Program-made: the position numbers and the translations under genes
The notes under the pieces: model-generated
Seen by the model: the letters and a program-made list of their open reading frames with translations, nothing else
What the model was told of the DNA's origin: nothing
The model's database searches: none
Assembly (NCBI GenBank): GCA_964355175.1
Contig: CAYHBZ010000002.1
Span: forward strand, 396,537-460,536
Length of the DNA: 64,000 nucleotides
Source: an uncultured Gammaproteobacteria bacterium
Lineage (GTDB): Bacteria > Patescibacteriota > Patescibacteriia > Magasanikbacterales > GWA2-37-8
Direction: 5' to 3'
Shown here: positions 45,740 to 55,312 of the stretch, in pieces
How the letters are laid out: each line of letters opens with the position of its first letter
Position numbering within the stretch: position 1 is the stretch's first letter

Positions 45740-46342
45740 ATGTCTAGTCGTGTAAAGATGAGTCTCGTTGCCTTAGTTGTTTTTTTCTTCATTCTCGGCC
45801 TGTCTGTCTCTGAACTCTATACGAAGGTACCTTTGTCCGCAAATACGCTTGCAACCTCGACGCAGTTGATAGTCCCATCAGAGCAAACGCTTCTAGGCTT
45901 GCCGATACATCTCACGATCCCACGGATCCATGTCGATGCCTCCCTTGAATATGTTGGCCTCACAGCGACCGGGGCAGTGGATGTGCCAACAGTGCCAGCG
46001 AATCCAGCCTGGTACTCGCTGGGGCCGCGTCCGGGGCAAACTGGCAGTGCGGTGATTGTCGGGCATTTCGGCTGGAAAAAAGGGATGCCAGCGGTTTTTG
46101 ATGATTTGTCTACTCTGCGTAAGGGCGATAAGTTGTATGTCAAAAATGAACACGGAGCGACTACTACTTTTATAGTACGCGAGTTGCGAAGCTATAGCGC
46201 GCATGACAGTGCTGTGGAGGTATTTAGCTCTAGTGATGGGAAAGCGCATCTGAATTTGATCACCTGTGAAGGAACTTGGAATAAAATTGAGGAGAGTTAT
46301 TCAAAGCGACTGGTGGTATTTGCTGATTTAGAAGATAGATAA
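45740..46342 (+). CDS. sortase (class E/F-like)
   Basis: N-terminal TM; VIVGH His, LITCEG (TLxTC-type Cys) and C-terminal Arg; overlaps end of its likely substrate gene. Confidence 0.8.
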   Translation: MSSRVKMSLVALVVFFFILGLSVSELYTKVPLSANTLATSTQLIVPSEQTLLGLPIHLTIPRIHVDASLEYVGLTATGAVDVPTVPANPAWYSLGPRPGQTGSAVIVGHFGWKKGMPAVFDDLSTLRKGDKLYVKNEHGATTTFIVRELRSYSAHDSAVEVFSSSDGKAHLNLITCEGTWNKIEESYSKRLVVFADLEDR

Positions 46343-46439
46343 AATTTGATGGTTATTTTTAATAAAAGGTGTATAATAAAATATAGAGCTAGTGTTAATG
46401 GTTAAAGGTCGGAAATTTAATTTATTAACTTATAATTGT

Positions 46440-46595
46440 ATGATACAATTTTTTGATCCACCAGCAGAGGAATTGGAAAAAGAAGCTCGTGAACATACCA
46501 AAGAAACAGTAAAAGAAGCAGTAGAAGAAGGGGCTAAAGAAGGTAAAGAAGAAGGAGAAAGAGAAGCAAAAGATGATATCCATAATGAAGAATAA
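46440..46595 (+). CDS. small highly acidic Glu/Lys-rich protein (51 aa)
   Basis: ATG 46440 within ORF 46392..46595; followed by hairpin terminator; low-complexity product. Confidence 0.3.
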   Translation: MIQFFDPPAEELEKEAREHTKETVKEAVEEGAKEGKEEGEREAKDDIHNEE

Positions 46596-46765
46596 TGGAG
46601 AAAAATCTAAATAAAAAATCAGTCATATTGTGGCTGATTTTTTATTTTCTTAATTATAAGTATTGACAAAAATCCTAGCATTTTTTGACTAGGCACTTGA
46701 CCAATTTTCAAAAACCCCTTATAATTGTTATAGTAAATTTAATTATTAATTAATTTTATCCATAT

Positions 46766-47047
46766 ATGGCTAAAATGACAAAGTCAGCGATCATCGCTTC
46801 TCTTGCCGAATCCACTGGTTTGAGCAAGAAACAGGTAGACGGTTTACTCGGTGAAATGGCCACTTTGGCTTACAAGGAAGTCAAAAAGAGTGGTGAATTC
46901 GTAGTTCCAGGTTTGGGCAAATTGGTGAAAATCAAGAGAGCTGCTCGTCAGGGACGCAACCCAGCTACTGGTGAAACTATCCAGATTGCCGCCAAGACTG
47001 TGGTGAAATTCCGCGTTGCTAAGGCTGCCAAAGAAGCTGTATTGTAA
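46766..47047 (+). CDS. hup: DNA-binding protein HU
   Basis: Full-length HU pattern incl. RNPATGE..I; upstream TTGACC-17-TATAAT (46697-46725). Confidence 0.9.
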   Translation: MAKMTKSAIIASLAESTGLSKKQVDGLLGEMATLAYKEVKKSGEFVVPGLGKLVKIKRAARQGRNPATGETIQIAAKTVVKFRVAKAAKEAVL

Positions 47048-47062
47048 TTTTTACAACAATCA

Positions 47063-47093
47063 AAGAATCCCGACTAGTCGGGATTCTTTTTTT
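47063..47093 (+). terminator. intrinsic terminator after HU gene
   Basis: AAGAATCCCGACTAGTCGGGATTCTTTTTTT. Confidence 0.7.
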
Positions 47094-47134
47094 ATGGTAA
47101 AATCTTGTCACCGTTAATTTATAAAAATCATTTT

Positions 47135-47485
47135 ATGCAAGACCTACAGCAGATCTTCAATCACATTCAGGAAATCAAAAAAAAACAGAAAGATATTAAA
47201 GCCGCTTATCGTGATGCTTTGGCCGCCAGCAGTGAATATAAAAATTTAACCGACAAATCCAAAGAATTACGCGGGCGCAAAAAAGAAATTGAAATGTCGG
47301 TAAAGTCGGATTTTTCTAGTGAGTTTCAAAAATTGGATGATTACAAAGTAGATTTGGAATCAGATATGACCATGCTCTCGGATGCCGCTATGACCAAACT
47401 AATGAAAGGTGAGACGGTGCAGGTCACCGATGAGTATAATACTAATTACGAACCGGTATTCAGCGTGAAATTTAAAAAAGCATAA
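47135..47485 (+). CDS. hypothetical coiled-coil protein
   Basis: ATG 47135 within ORF 47105..47485. Confidence 0.45.
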   Translation: MQDLQQIFNHIQEIKKKQKDIKAAYRDALAASSEYKNLTDKSKELRGRKKEIEMSVKSDFSSEFQKLDDYKVDLESDMTMLSDAAMTKLMKGETVQVTDEYNTNYEPVFSVKFKKA

Positions 47486-47514
47486 TTGTCTTGGCAAAAT
47501 CGTAGTTAATATTT

Positions 47515-48708
47515 ATGAATAAACAAAAGTGGACCATTGCCTTTACGGTACTGATGGATGTGATTGGGCTTGGTATCGTATTGCCGTCGTTGCCTTTTTA
47601 TATTGCCAGATTTGGCGGCTCGGCCGTGGAAATTACTTATCTATTTGCCGCTTACGCGGTTTGTTCGTTTTTAAGTACGCCGATGTTGGGCGCACTTTCT
47701 GATCGTATTGGTCGTCGTCCGGTGTTGATGGCTAGCATTGGTAGTACGGCCATAGGTTGGCTGGTATTTGCTTCGGCCAAAGCTTTGCCGATTTTATTTT
47801 TGGGTCGCATTATTGATGGTTTGGCCGCCGGTAATTTTTCTACTGCCCAAAGTTATTTGGTGGATATATCCAAGGATGAAGTGGATAGAACCCATAATTT
47901 GGGAATGATTGGTGCTTTGTTTGGAATTGGATTTATTATTGGCCCAATACTTGGCGGTGTGCTGGGCGCTATTTCGCCATCGCTGCCTTTTTGGGTAGCG
48001 GGTGCTTTGGCTGGTTTGAATTTTATTGCCGCTTATTTCTTTTTGCCTGAAACCAATCACAATCGCAATACGGACAAGATGTCTATTAATCCTTTTCGTC
48101 CGATAGTGCGCGCTTGGGCTAATAAGCAGTTACTTCCTTATTTTATAGTTTGGTTTTTATTTGGCGTGGCCGTGTCGGGTGTTTTTTCAATAAACTCTAT
48201 TTATTTCGCGGATAGATTTGGTTTTAACGCCTTTACTATCGGTGTCATCATGGCGATACAGGGAGTAATTATGGCCGTAAACCAAGTGGTCTGGCTCAAG
48301 CGTTTCTGGCTGTATCGTTTCAAAGAGCCGCAGTTGGTATTGATGATGTTCTTGGCGTTTGCGGTTGGTTATGTTTTGATGGGAATGTATTATGCTATTT
48401 TCTTTTTTACCGGAATTTTATTTTCTGTTTTCGCGCAGTCCATTTTGCGGGCGGTGTTTACTAGCGAAGTAATTGGTTTGGCGGAGCCAAAAGTAAAAGG
48501 CGAAGTGATGGGTATTCTGGGTTCGGTGACATCTTTGGGAATGGTGGTGGGGCCACTGATTGCTGGTGTGGTTTATAGCTACCGAGATAATCTTTCTTTT
48601 ATAGCCAGCGCGGTCTATATGTTTATTGCTTTTGTAATAATTTATCGCCATCGTCAGAAATTGACCAATGTGGTGCCTGACGAAAATGCCGAAGTGAATG
48701 TAGTTTAA
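47515..48708 (+). CDS. MFS transporter
   Basis: 12-TM profile; GALSDRIGRRPV loop 2-3 motif. Confidence 0.8.
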   Translation: MNKQKWTIAFTVLMDVIGLGIVLPSLPFYIARFGGSAVEITYLFAAYAVCSFLSTPMLGALSDRIGRRPVLMASIGSTAIGWLVFASAKALPILFLGRIIDGLAAGNFSTAQSYLVDISKDEVDRTHNLGMIGALFGIGFIIGPILGGVLGAISPSLPFWVAGALAGLNFIAAYFFLPETNHNRNTDKMSINPFRPIVRAWANKQLLPYFIVWFLFGVAVSGVFSINSIYFADRFGFNAFTIGVIMAIQGVIMAVNQVVWLKRFWLYRFKEPQLVLMMFLAFAVGYVLMGMYYAIFFFTGILFSVFAQSILRAVFTSEVIGLAEPKVKGEVMGILGSVTSLGMVVGPLIAGVVYSYRDNLSFIASAVYMFIAFVIIYRHRQKLTNVVPDENAEVNVV

Positions 48709-48778
48709 ATTTAAACCTGCCATTTTGGCAGGTTTTTTAATAGTTGATCTTTGATTTTTTTAGGTATATTATAGAGCC

Positions 48779-49879
48779 ATGTCCAATTTTAGATTTAAAT
48801 TTTATCGGAATACTTCCGACGCTCTGGCCGCCATGCGTGAGGCGATTTTGGGCGCGCAAAAATCTATTTACTGGGAAATTTATACTTTGATAGATGACCA
48901 GGTCGGCGGTCAATTTTTGGATATACTATGCGACAAGGCCCGAGCTGGAATGGAAGTAAAGGTAATAGTGGATGGAATTGGGAGCTTTGAGCTGTCGCGT
49001 AGTGGCTTTGATCGTCTGTTGGCGGCAGGTGTGGATGTGGTTACTTATAATCCGTTATTTCGCGGCTGGTCTTTGCGTGGCTGGATGCGTTCTTTTTGGT
49101 ATAGGAACCATCGCAAAATTTTGGTGGTGGATGAAGATATAGTATTTATCGGCGGAGTAAATGTGGCTCATATGTATGCCGCTTGGGATGATCTGCATGT
49201 GCGTCTCACCGGCCGAGTGGTGTCGCCGCTATTGCGATCTTTTGCCCAATCCTATGTGCGCGGCGGGGGAGATAAAAATAAAGTCAAACATCTTTTGCGA
49301 CTGCCTTTTAAAAAAGAATGGGAAGAGTTTAAAAATCGCTATAGTTTTATTTTGAACTCACCTTTGCAAAATAAAAAGCCGCGCGCGCAAAAAGTTTTTT
49401 TTAATAGTTTGGCCAAAGCCAAAACACGTTTTAGTATCTTGACGCCGTATTTCGTGCCGGATAAAAGTTTTTTTAAATTGGTAAAAGAAGCCAAAGCGCG
49501 CGGGGTAGTGGTAGAATTATTTTTGCCTATTCGCCAGGATAAAAAATATTTGGAGTGGGTATTGGGTTTGTATTCTACTATCGCTCACAAAAAAGGCATT
49601 GATGTGTATCTTTCCGAGAAAATGCATCATGGCAAAGCAATGATTGCCGATGATGTGGTGGGTTTTATTGGGAGCACCAATTTTACCTATCGTAGTTTTT
49701 TTATCAACGATGAAGCTGGGATTGTTTTTCATGATACTGCCATGATTAGAGAGCTCAGTACTGTCTTTGAAGATTTGCGTCATACTAGTATCAAATTAAC
49801 TGAAAAAAATTATTTGCATCACGGTTGGCTAGGAAAAATTAAAGATTGGCTGGGTAAAAAATTTGGAGATTTAATATGA
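48779..49879 (+). CDS. phospholipase D/cardiolipin synthase-like protein
   Basis: Two HKD motifs (NHRKILVVDE; HHGKAMIADD). Confidence 0.75.
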   Translation: MSNFRFKFYRNTSDALAAMREAILGAQKSIYWEIYTLIDDQVGGQFLDILCDKARAGMEVKVIVDGIGSFELSRSGFDRLLAAGVDVVTYNPLFRGWSLRGWMRSFWYRNHRKILVVDEDIVFIGGVNVAHMYAAWDDLHVRLTGRVVSPLLRSFAQSYVRGGGDKNKVKHLLRLPFKKEWEEFKNRYSFILNSPLQNKKPRAQKVFFNSLAKAKTRFSILTPYFVPDKSFFKLVKEAKARGVVVELFLPIRQDKKYLEWVLGLYSTIAHKKGIDVYLSEKMHHGKAMIADDVVGFIGSTNFTYRSFFINDEAGIVFHDTAMIRELSTVFEDLRHTSIKLTEKNYLHHGWLGKIKDWLGKKFGDLI

Positions 49880-51129
49880 CAAACTTCGCGCCTTTACCGG
49901 ATAGAATGCGTCCGCAAAATTTTGAAGAATTCTTTGGGCAGGAAGAAATTGTGGGCAAAGGGAAAATGCTCAGGAATCTAATTGAATCGGATCAATTGTC
50001 TTCGATAATTCTTTGGGGACCGCCGGGAGTGGGCAAGACTACTTTGGCGCAAATTATTGCCAAACAAACCAAAGCCCATTTTGTTTCCATTTCGGCCGTA
50101 ATGGGCGGCAAAGACGAATTACGCAAAGCCGTGGAAGATGCCGAATATCATCGTCGTTTGGAAAATAAACGCACGGTCTTATTTATTGATGAAATCCATC
50201 GCTGGAACAAAGCTCAGCAGGACGCACTTTTGCCGTATGTAGAAAAAGGTTTAATAATTTTGATTGGCGCTACTACTGAAAATCCTTCTTTTGAAATTAT
50301 CGGCGCTTTGCTTTCGCGCTCGCGGGTTTTTATTTTGAAATATTTGGAGAAAAAAGATTTGGTAAAAATTATCAATCAAGCTTTGGCTGATAAAGAGCGG
50401 GGGCTTGGAAATCTGAATATTAAAATTGAGAAAAAAGAAATAGAGATGCTGGCGGATTTGGCTTCAGGTGACGCGCGCGCCGCGCTCAATAGTCTAGATT
50501 TGGCCGTGAAATCCAAAAGTAATGTCGCCAACAAAGCTGTCATCCCGAACAAAGTGAGGGATCTTATAAAAATTACCGCCGAAGACATCAAAGAGGCTCT
50601 ACAAAAAACTCATTTGGTTTTTGATAAAAAAGGCGAAGAGTTTTATAATCTAATTTCAGCCTTGCATAAAAGTATGCGTGGCAGTGACGCGAATGCGGCA
50701 ATTTATTGGCTCGCTCGCATGCTCGAGGGCGGAGCAGATCCACTATATATCGCGCGTCGGGTATTGCGTTTTGCCAGCGAAGATATTGGTATGGCTAATA
50801 GCGAAGCGATGATCCAGGCCAACGCCGCCTATGATGCCTGTCATAAAATTGGTTTTCCGGAATGCAGTGTGCATTTGGCACAGGCGGTAGTGTATTGCGC
50901 AAAATCCAAAAAATCTAATTTGCTATACAGTGCCTACAACGAAGCCAAAGTGGATGCGCTGGCCACTTCACATTTGGGTGTGCCTATCCATCTGCGCAAC
51001 GCGCCGACGAAATTTATGAAAGAGATTGGGTATGGCAAAGATTATAAATATAATCCGGATTTTGATGAGCCGGTGGAGCAGGATTATTTGCCGAAGGAAT
51101 TGAAAGGGAGGAAGTATTTCGGAAAATAG
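49876..51129 (+). CDS. rarA: replication-associated recombination protein A (AAA+ ATPase)
   Basis: [13 protein letters not shown] Walker [12 protein letters not shown] Walker B; contains an in-frame REP-like insert at 50539-50563. Confidence 0.85.
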   Translation: MTNFAPLPDRMRPQNFEEFFGQEEIVGKGKMLRNLIESDQLSSIILWGPPGVGKTTLAQIIAKQTKAHFVSISAVMGGKDELRKAVEDAEYHRRLENKRTVLFIDEIHRWNKAQQDALLPYVEKGLIILIGATTENPSFEIIGALLSRSRVFILKYLEKKDLVKIINQALADKERGLGNLNIKIEKKEIEMLADLASGDARAALNSLDLAVKSKSNVANKAVIPNKVRDLIKITAEDIKEALQKTHLVFDKKGEEFYNLISALHKSMRGSDANAAIYWLARMLEGGADPLYIARRVLRFASEDIGMANSEAMIQANAAYDACHKIGFPECSVHLAQAVVYCAKSKKSNLLYSAYNEAKVDALATSHLGVPIHLRNAPTKFMKEIGYGKDYKYNPDFDEPVEQDYLPKELKGRKYFGK

Positions 51130-51130
51130 C

Positions 51131-51329
51131 GATAAAAAAATAAAACAAAAAAATACCGTGCAATTTTTACCTGATAAAAGTTCGCATAATTGGCTATAAA
51201 TTTTCGTTACGGCTCTAAGGGTAGAGCCGTTGCCCTACGGGGCACCACTCAAATTTATTTAACGCCAATTAGGGGCTCACTTTTATGTGGTAAAAATTGC
51301 ACGGTATTTTTTTGTTTTATTTTTTTATC
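51131..51329. repeat. palindromic intergenic element E3 (41-bp perfect inverted repeat, branched GC-rich core)
   Basis: 51131-51171 is the exact reverse complement of 51289-51329; lies between convergent rarA and tsaE; right arm overlaps the tsaE stop. Confidence 0.65.
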
Positions 51330-51745
51330 GTTATTTTCCTCTGATTATCTTCGGAATGCTCGATGGTGATGGTTGTGGTTTTTTTGTCTTTTAATAGGTT
51401 GGCAATTTTTTCTGGCCATTCTATGATGCAGAGTGTGTCAGGCTTGCCGAGATAATCTTCTGCGCCAATTTCGATTAATTCTTGCTCGTCTTTCAGGCGG
51501 TAGGTATCAATGTGTACTAGAGTTTTTATTTTTTCTAAATCTACCGGATAGGTATTTAGTAGGGTGAAAGTGGGGCTGGTGATTTCATATTTTATTTTTA
51601 ATCCGATAGCCAAGCCTTTTACTAGGGTGGTTTTACCGGCGCCAAGCTCGCCTTCCAATAATAAAATATCGCCACCTTGTAGCTGGGTGGCTAATTTTTT
51701 ACCGAATTCAGTGGTTTCCTCGGTTGTTTTGGTGATTATTTCCAT
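51317..51745 (-). CDS. tsaE: tRNA t6A biosynthesis ATPase TsaE
   Basis: GELGAGKTTLVKG P-loop; 142 aa. Confidence 0.8.
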   Translation of the reverse strand: MEIITKTTEETTEFGKKLATQLQGGDILLLEGELGAGKTTLVKGLAIGLKIKYEITSPTFTLLNTYPVDLEKIKTLVHIDTYRLKDEQELIEIGAEDYLGKPDTLCIIEWPEKIANLLKDKKTTTITIEHSEDNQRKITIKK

Positions 51746-51785
51746 ATGGGGTCTGGCGGGTTGTAAGTTTTAGTTTAGAAAAAAA

Positions 51786-52001
51786 TTAATTTCTTTTTTT
51801 CAAAAACATTGTTTTTAATACAAGGGTGGTTTTTCCATCGCGGCATTCAATTGTTTCGGTGTCATCTGTAATTCGGATATTTTTAAAAACGGTTCCAATT
51901 TTATAAGTAGTGGAAGAACCTTTTAGTTTTAAATCTTTATTGAGTTGCACAGAATCGCCCTCATTTAGTACATTGCCGTTGCAATCTTTTGTTTCTGACA
52001 T
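51786..52001 (-). CDS. PhnA/YjdM C-terminal-domain-like small protein
   Basis: DCNGNVLNEGDSV..NKDLKLKGSS...KIGT..KNIRI pattern; ATG at 52001. Confidence 0.55.
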   Translation of the reverse strand: MSETKDCNGNVLNEGDSVQLNKDLKLKGSSTTYKIGTVFKNIRITDDTETIECRDGKTTLVLKTMFLKKRN

Positions 52002-52155
52002 AGGTTTATAATTAATTTTTATAAAAAATATCACTAATTTATGTCGTTATTGTGATACAAATACACTCTAGTGTCAAGTTTAACTTTTAGAATCATTAGG
52101 TTTGCTTTTTTGCCAAGTATTTTGTATAATAGCCACATCGTTTTTATAGAAATTT

Positions 52156-52455
52156 ATGTCTTTATCCATTGAAGAAGTACGAAAGATTGCTCTGTTGGCT
52201 CGTCTGAAATTGACTCCGGCCGAAGAAAAGCGTCACGCCGAAACCATTTCCACGGTTTTGGATTTTGTTGCCCAATTAAATGAAGTAGATACAGAGGGGG
52301 TAGAGCCGACCGCGCAGGTGACCGGGCTGGAGGATGTGTCGCGCGAAGATTTGTCGCGTGATTGTGCGCACAAAAAAGAACTTTTGGCGCAGATGCCGAT
52401 GGTAGAAAATAATCTATTAAAGGTGCCGGCTGTTTTTAAAGATAGTGAAGAGTAG
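52156..52455 (+). CDS. gatC: Asp/Glu-tRNA amidotransferase subunit C
   Basis: IEEVRKIALLARLKLTPAEE start typical of GatC; precedes gatA. Confidence 0.85.
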   Translation: MSLSIEEVRKIALLARLKLTPAEEKRHAETISTVLDFVAQLNEVDTEGVEPTAQVTGLEDVSREDLSRDCAHKKELLAQMPMVENNLLKVPAVFKDSEE

Positions 52456-52459
52456 ATTT

Positions 52460-53884
52460 ATGAAATTAAATGAACTTACAATTAAAGAAGCTCGCTCTGG
52501 TTTGGATAGCAAAAAATTTACAGCGGTAGAATTGACCGAGGCTTGTCTAAAAAGAATAAACGAAAGAAATAAAGAAATCAACGCGTTTATTACGGTGTCG
52601 GATGATTTGGCCCTAGGGCAAGCTCGCGCGGCAGATAAATTAATTAGCGCCGGGAAACAAATGCCGCTTACAGGTATTCCTTTTGCCGTGAAAGATGCTA
52701 TTTGTACCGCTGGTGTACGCTCTACCGCTTCGGCCAAAATTCTTGATACTTATACGCCGCCATATAATGCCACTGTAATTCAGAAAATTTTGGATCAGGG
52801 TGCGGTGATGATTGGTAAAACAAATTGTGATGCTTTTGGTCATGGAGCCAGTAATGAAAATAGTATGTATGGCTCGGTAGCCAATCCGCATGATCTGACC
52901 AAAGTATCCGGTGGTTCATCTGGCGGTTCAGCCGCGGCGGTGGCCGATAATATGTGTTTGTTTGCGATTGCCGAAGATACTGGTGGATCTATTCGTCAGC
53001 CGGCTAGTTTTTGTGGCATTGTGGGTTTGCGTCCTAGTTATGGTCGTAATTCTCGTTTTGGTATTATGCCGATGGCTTCTTCTTTTGATACTGTCGGTCC
53101 AATGACCAAAACCGTGGAGGATATGACCGTAGTAATGCAGGTGATGGCTGGACAAGATGAACTGGATGCTACGACCGTGCCAGAAATTGTGCCGGATTAT
53201 TCCGCAGAATTTGAAAAAGATATTACCGGTTTGCGCGTCGGTGTGCCACGAGAATATTTTGAAAATGAAAGTATCGACGCGGAAGTAAAACAAGCAATGG
53301 AGAAACAGATAAAAAATTTAGAATCGCAAGGTGCAAAAATTATTGATGTATCTTTGCCAATGACCAAATACGCCATTTCTGTTTATTATATTCTGGTGCC
53401 GAGCGAAGATAGCTCTAATTTGGGACGCATGGATGGTGTGCGCTATGGTGTGCGCGCGGATGGAAAAGATTTATTGGATCTCTATGCCAATAGTCGCGAG
53501 CAGGGTTTTCCTGAAGAAGTAAAGCGTCGTATCTTAATCGGTACTTACGCTTTATCGGCCGGATATTATGATGCTTATTACAAAAAAGCTCAGCAGGTGC
53601 GTACTTTAATTCGTCGTGATTTTGATCGTGTGTTTAGTGAAGTGGATGTGTTGATCACGCCAACCTCACCATTTGCCGCTTTTAATATCGGTGAAAAATC
53701 CAGCGATCCTATGCAAATGTATTTGGCAGATGTGTTTGTGTCTCCGGCTTGTAGTGCCGGCATCCCGGGTATTTCCGTGCCCGCCGGTATGACCAAATCC
53801 GGTTTGCCTATAGGCGCTCAGATTATGGGGCCGCGTTTGAGCGAAGGTTTGGTAATGCGTGTTGCTAATAAAATTAAAATTTAA
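52460..53884 (+). CDS. gatA: Asp/Glu-tRNA amidotransferase subunit A
   Basis: Amidase signature GGSSGGSAAAVA; ATG 52460. Confidence 0.9.
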   Translation: MKLNELTIKEARSGLDSKKFTAVELTEACLKRINERNKEINAFITVSDDLALGQARAADKLISAGKQMPLTGIPFAVKDAICTAGVRSTASAKILDTYTPPYNATVIQKILDQGAVMIGKTNCDAFGHGASNENSMYGSVANPHDLTKVSGGSSGGSAAAVADNMCLFAIAEDTGGSIRQPASFCGIVGLRPSYGRNSRFGIMPMASSFDTVGPMTKTVEDMTVVMQVMAGQDELDATTVPEIVPDYSAEFEKDITGLRVGVPREYFENESIDAEVKQAMEKQIKNLESQGAKIIDVSLPMTKYAISVYYILVPSEDSSNLGRMDGVRYGVRADGKDLLDLYANSREQGFPEEVKRRILIGTYALSAGYYDAYYKKAQQVRTLIRRDFDRVFSEVDVLITPTSPFAAFNIGEKSSDPMQMYLADVFVSPACSAGIPGISVPAGMTKSGLPIGAQIMGPRLSEGLVMRVANKIKI

Positions 53885-53889
53885 TTTCT

Positions 53890-55311
53890 ATGCCAAAAGC
53901 CAAAGTAAAAACTTTTCCGCTGAAATCGCTAGGCACTATGCCGATGCCAGAGCCGCTTGAGGTGACCATGCCTATCATGACCATCACCTCGCCGACTGAG
54001 CGTATTTTGCCGCCGGAAAATTTTACTACGGCTGGTGAAGTGGTGAATTTTCGTGATAGTTGGAGAATTTTCAAAATTATCAGCGAGTTTATTGACGGCT
54101 ATGATTTTCTCAAACAATTCAAACGCGAAGTTACTATTTTAGGTTCGGCGCGTTTGCCAAAAAATGACCACTATTACAAAGAAGCACAGGAGCTCGGCTA
54201 TATGTTGGCCAAGCATGGCTTCACTACTATTACTGGTGGTGGTCCGGGCATCATGGAAGCCGCCAACCGTGGCGCGTTTGAAGGCGGCGGTGAAACTGTG
54301 GGTATTAATATCCAATTGCCATTTGAACAGCGCATCAATCCTTATGTGAAACATTCGGTCGGTTTTTATTATTTCTTTACTCGCAAGGTGATGCTCACTT
54401 CGCCGGCCAATGCCTTTGTGTTTTTCCCGGGCGGTTTTGGTACGCTTGATGAATTTTTTGAAGTAGTGGATTATATGGAGCTTGGCTATATGCCGAAGTC
54501 GCCGATAGTTTTGGTCGGTCGTACTTTTTGGGATCCGGTAATTAAATTTTTAAGAGAAAATTCTAGCGGTTTAGTGCACTGTGTATCGGAAGAAATTATC
54601 GATAGCTGGAAAGTAGCCCATACGGCGCAGGAAGCTTTTGAATTTATCAAGGATTCAGAAGACAGACCAAATGATTTTGATACTACCCCTGATCAAATCC
54701 AATCTAAAGGCGGGCCAGATTGGCGCGTATTTCGTATCATGGCCGAATTGGTAGATGGTTTTGAATTTTTGGCCACGATGAAAAATGAAGTCACTGTTTT
54801 TGGCACCAAAAGTATTTTACCAGGATCTTCGTACTATCAAGCCGCTCAGGCGACCGGAGAATTATTGGCAAAAAACGGATTCTCGGTTATTACCGGCGGG
54901 GGAGCCGGCACGATGGAAGCGGCCAACCGTGGCGCGTTTGAAGCGGGTGGTGAAAGTGTCGGTATGACTATTGTGCGTGAGAATGCTATTCAGAATAATA
55001 ATTATCTCACGAAATCAATTGGCTTTTCTTTTCCATTTGTGCGCAAATTAATTATTACCGCCCCTTCCAAAGCCTTTATATTTTTCCCGGGCGGTTTTGG
55101 TACGCTTCATCAATTATTTGAACTCCTTACTTTGCAAGAAACCGGGAAGATGCCTTTGACTCCGGTAATTTTGTTTGGCCGAGATTTTTGGCATCCAATG
55201 ATTGAATACTTCCATATGCTCTATGGTAACTTTAAGACCATCAGCATGGTAGATCAGAAATTGGTAAATGTTGTAGACAGGCCGGAAGAAATTTTGAGAT
55301 TTATCAAATAA
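53890..55311 (+). CDS. tandem-duplicated LOG/TIGR00730-family (Rossmann-fold nucleotide-binding) protein
   Basis: Two copies of GGGPG.MEAANRGA ... PGGFGTL(D/H)E within one 473-aa ORF. Confidence 0.75.
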   Translation: MPKAKVKTFPLKSLGTMPMPEPLEVTMPIMTITSPTERILPPENFTTAGEVVNFRDSWRIFKIISEFIDGYDFLKQFKREVTILGSARLPKNDHYYKEAQELGYMLAKHGFTTITGGGPGIMEAANRGAFEGGGETVGINIQLPFEQRINPYVKHSVGFYYFFTRKVMLTSPANAFVFFPGGFGTLDEFFEVVDYMELGYMPKSPIVLVGRTFWDPVIKFLRENSSGLVHCVSEEIIDSWKVAHTAQEAFEFIKDSEDRPNDFDTTPDQIQSKGGPDWRVFRIMAELVDGFEFLATMKNEVTVFGTKSILPGSSYYQAAQATGELLAKNGFSVITGGGAGTMEAANRGAFEAGGESVGMTIVRENAIQNNNYLTKSIGFSFPFVRKLIITAPSKAFIFFPGGFGTLHQLFELLTLQETGKMPLTPVILFGRDFWHPMIEYFHMLYGNFKTISMVDQKLVNVVDRPEEILRFIK

Positions 55312-55312
55312 T

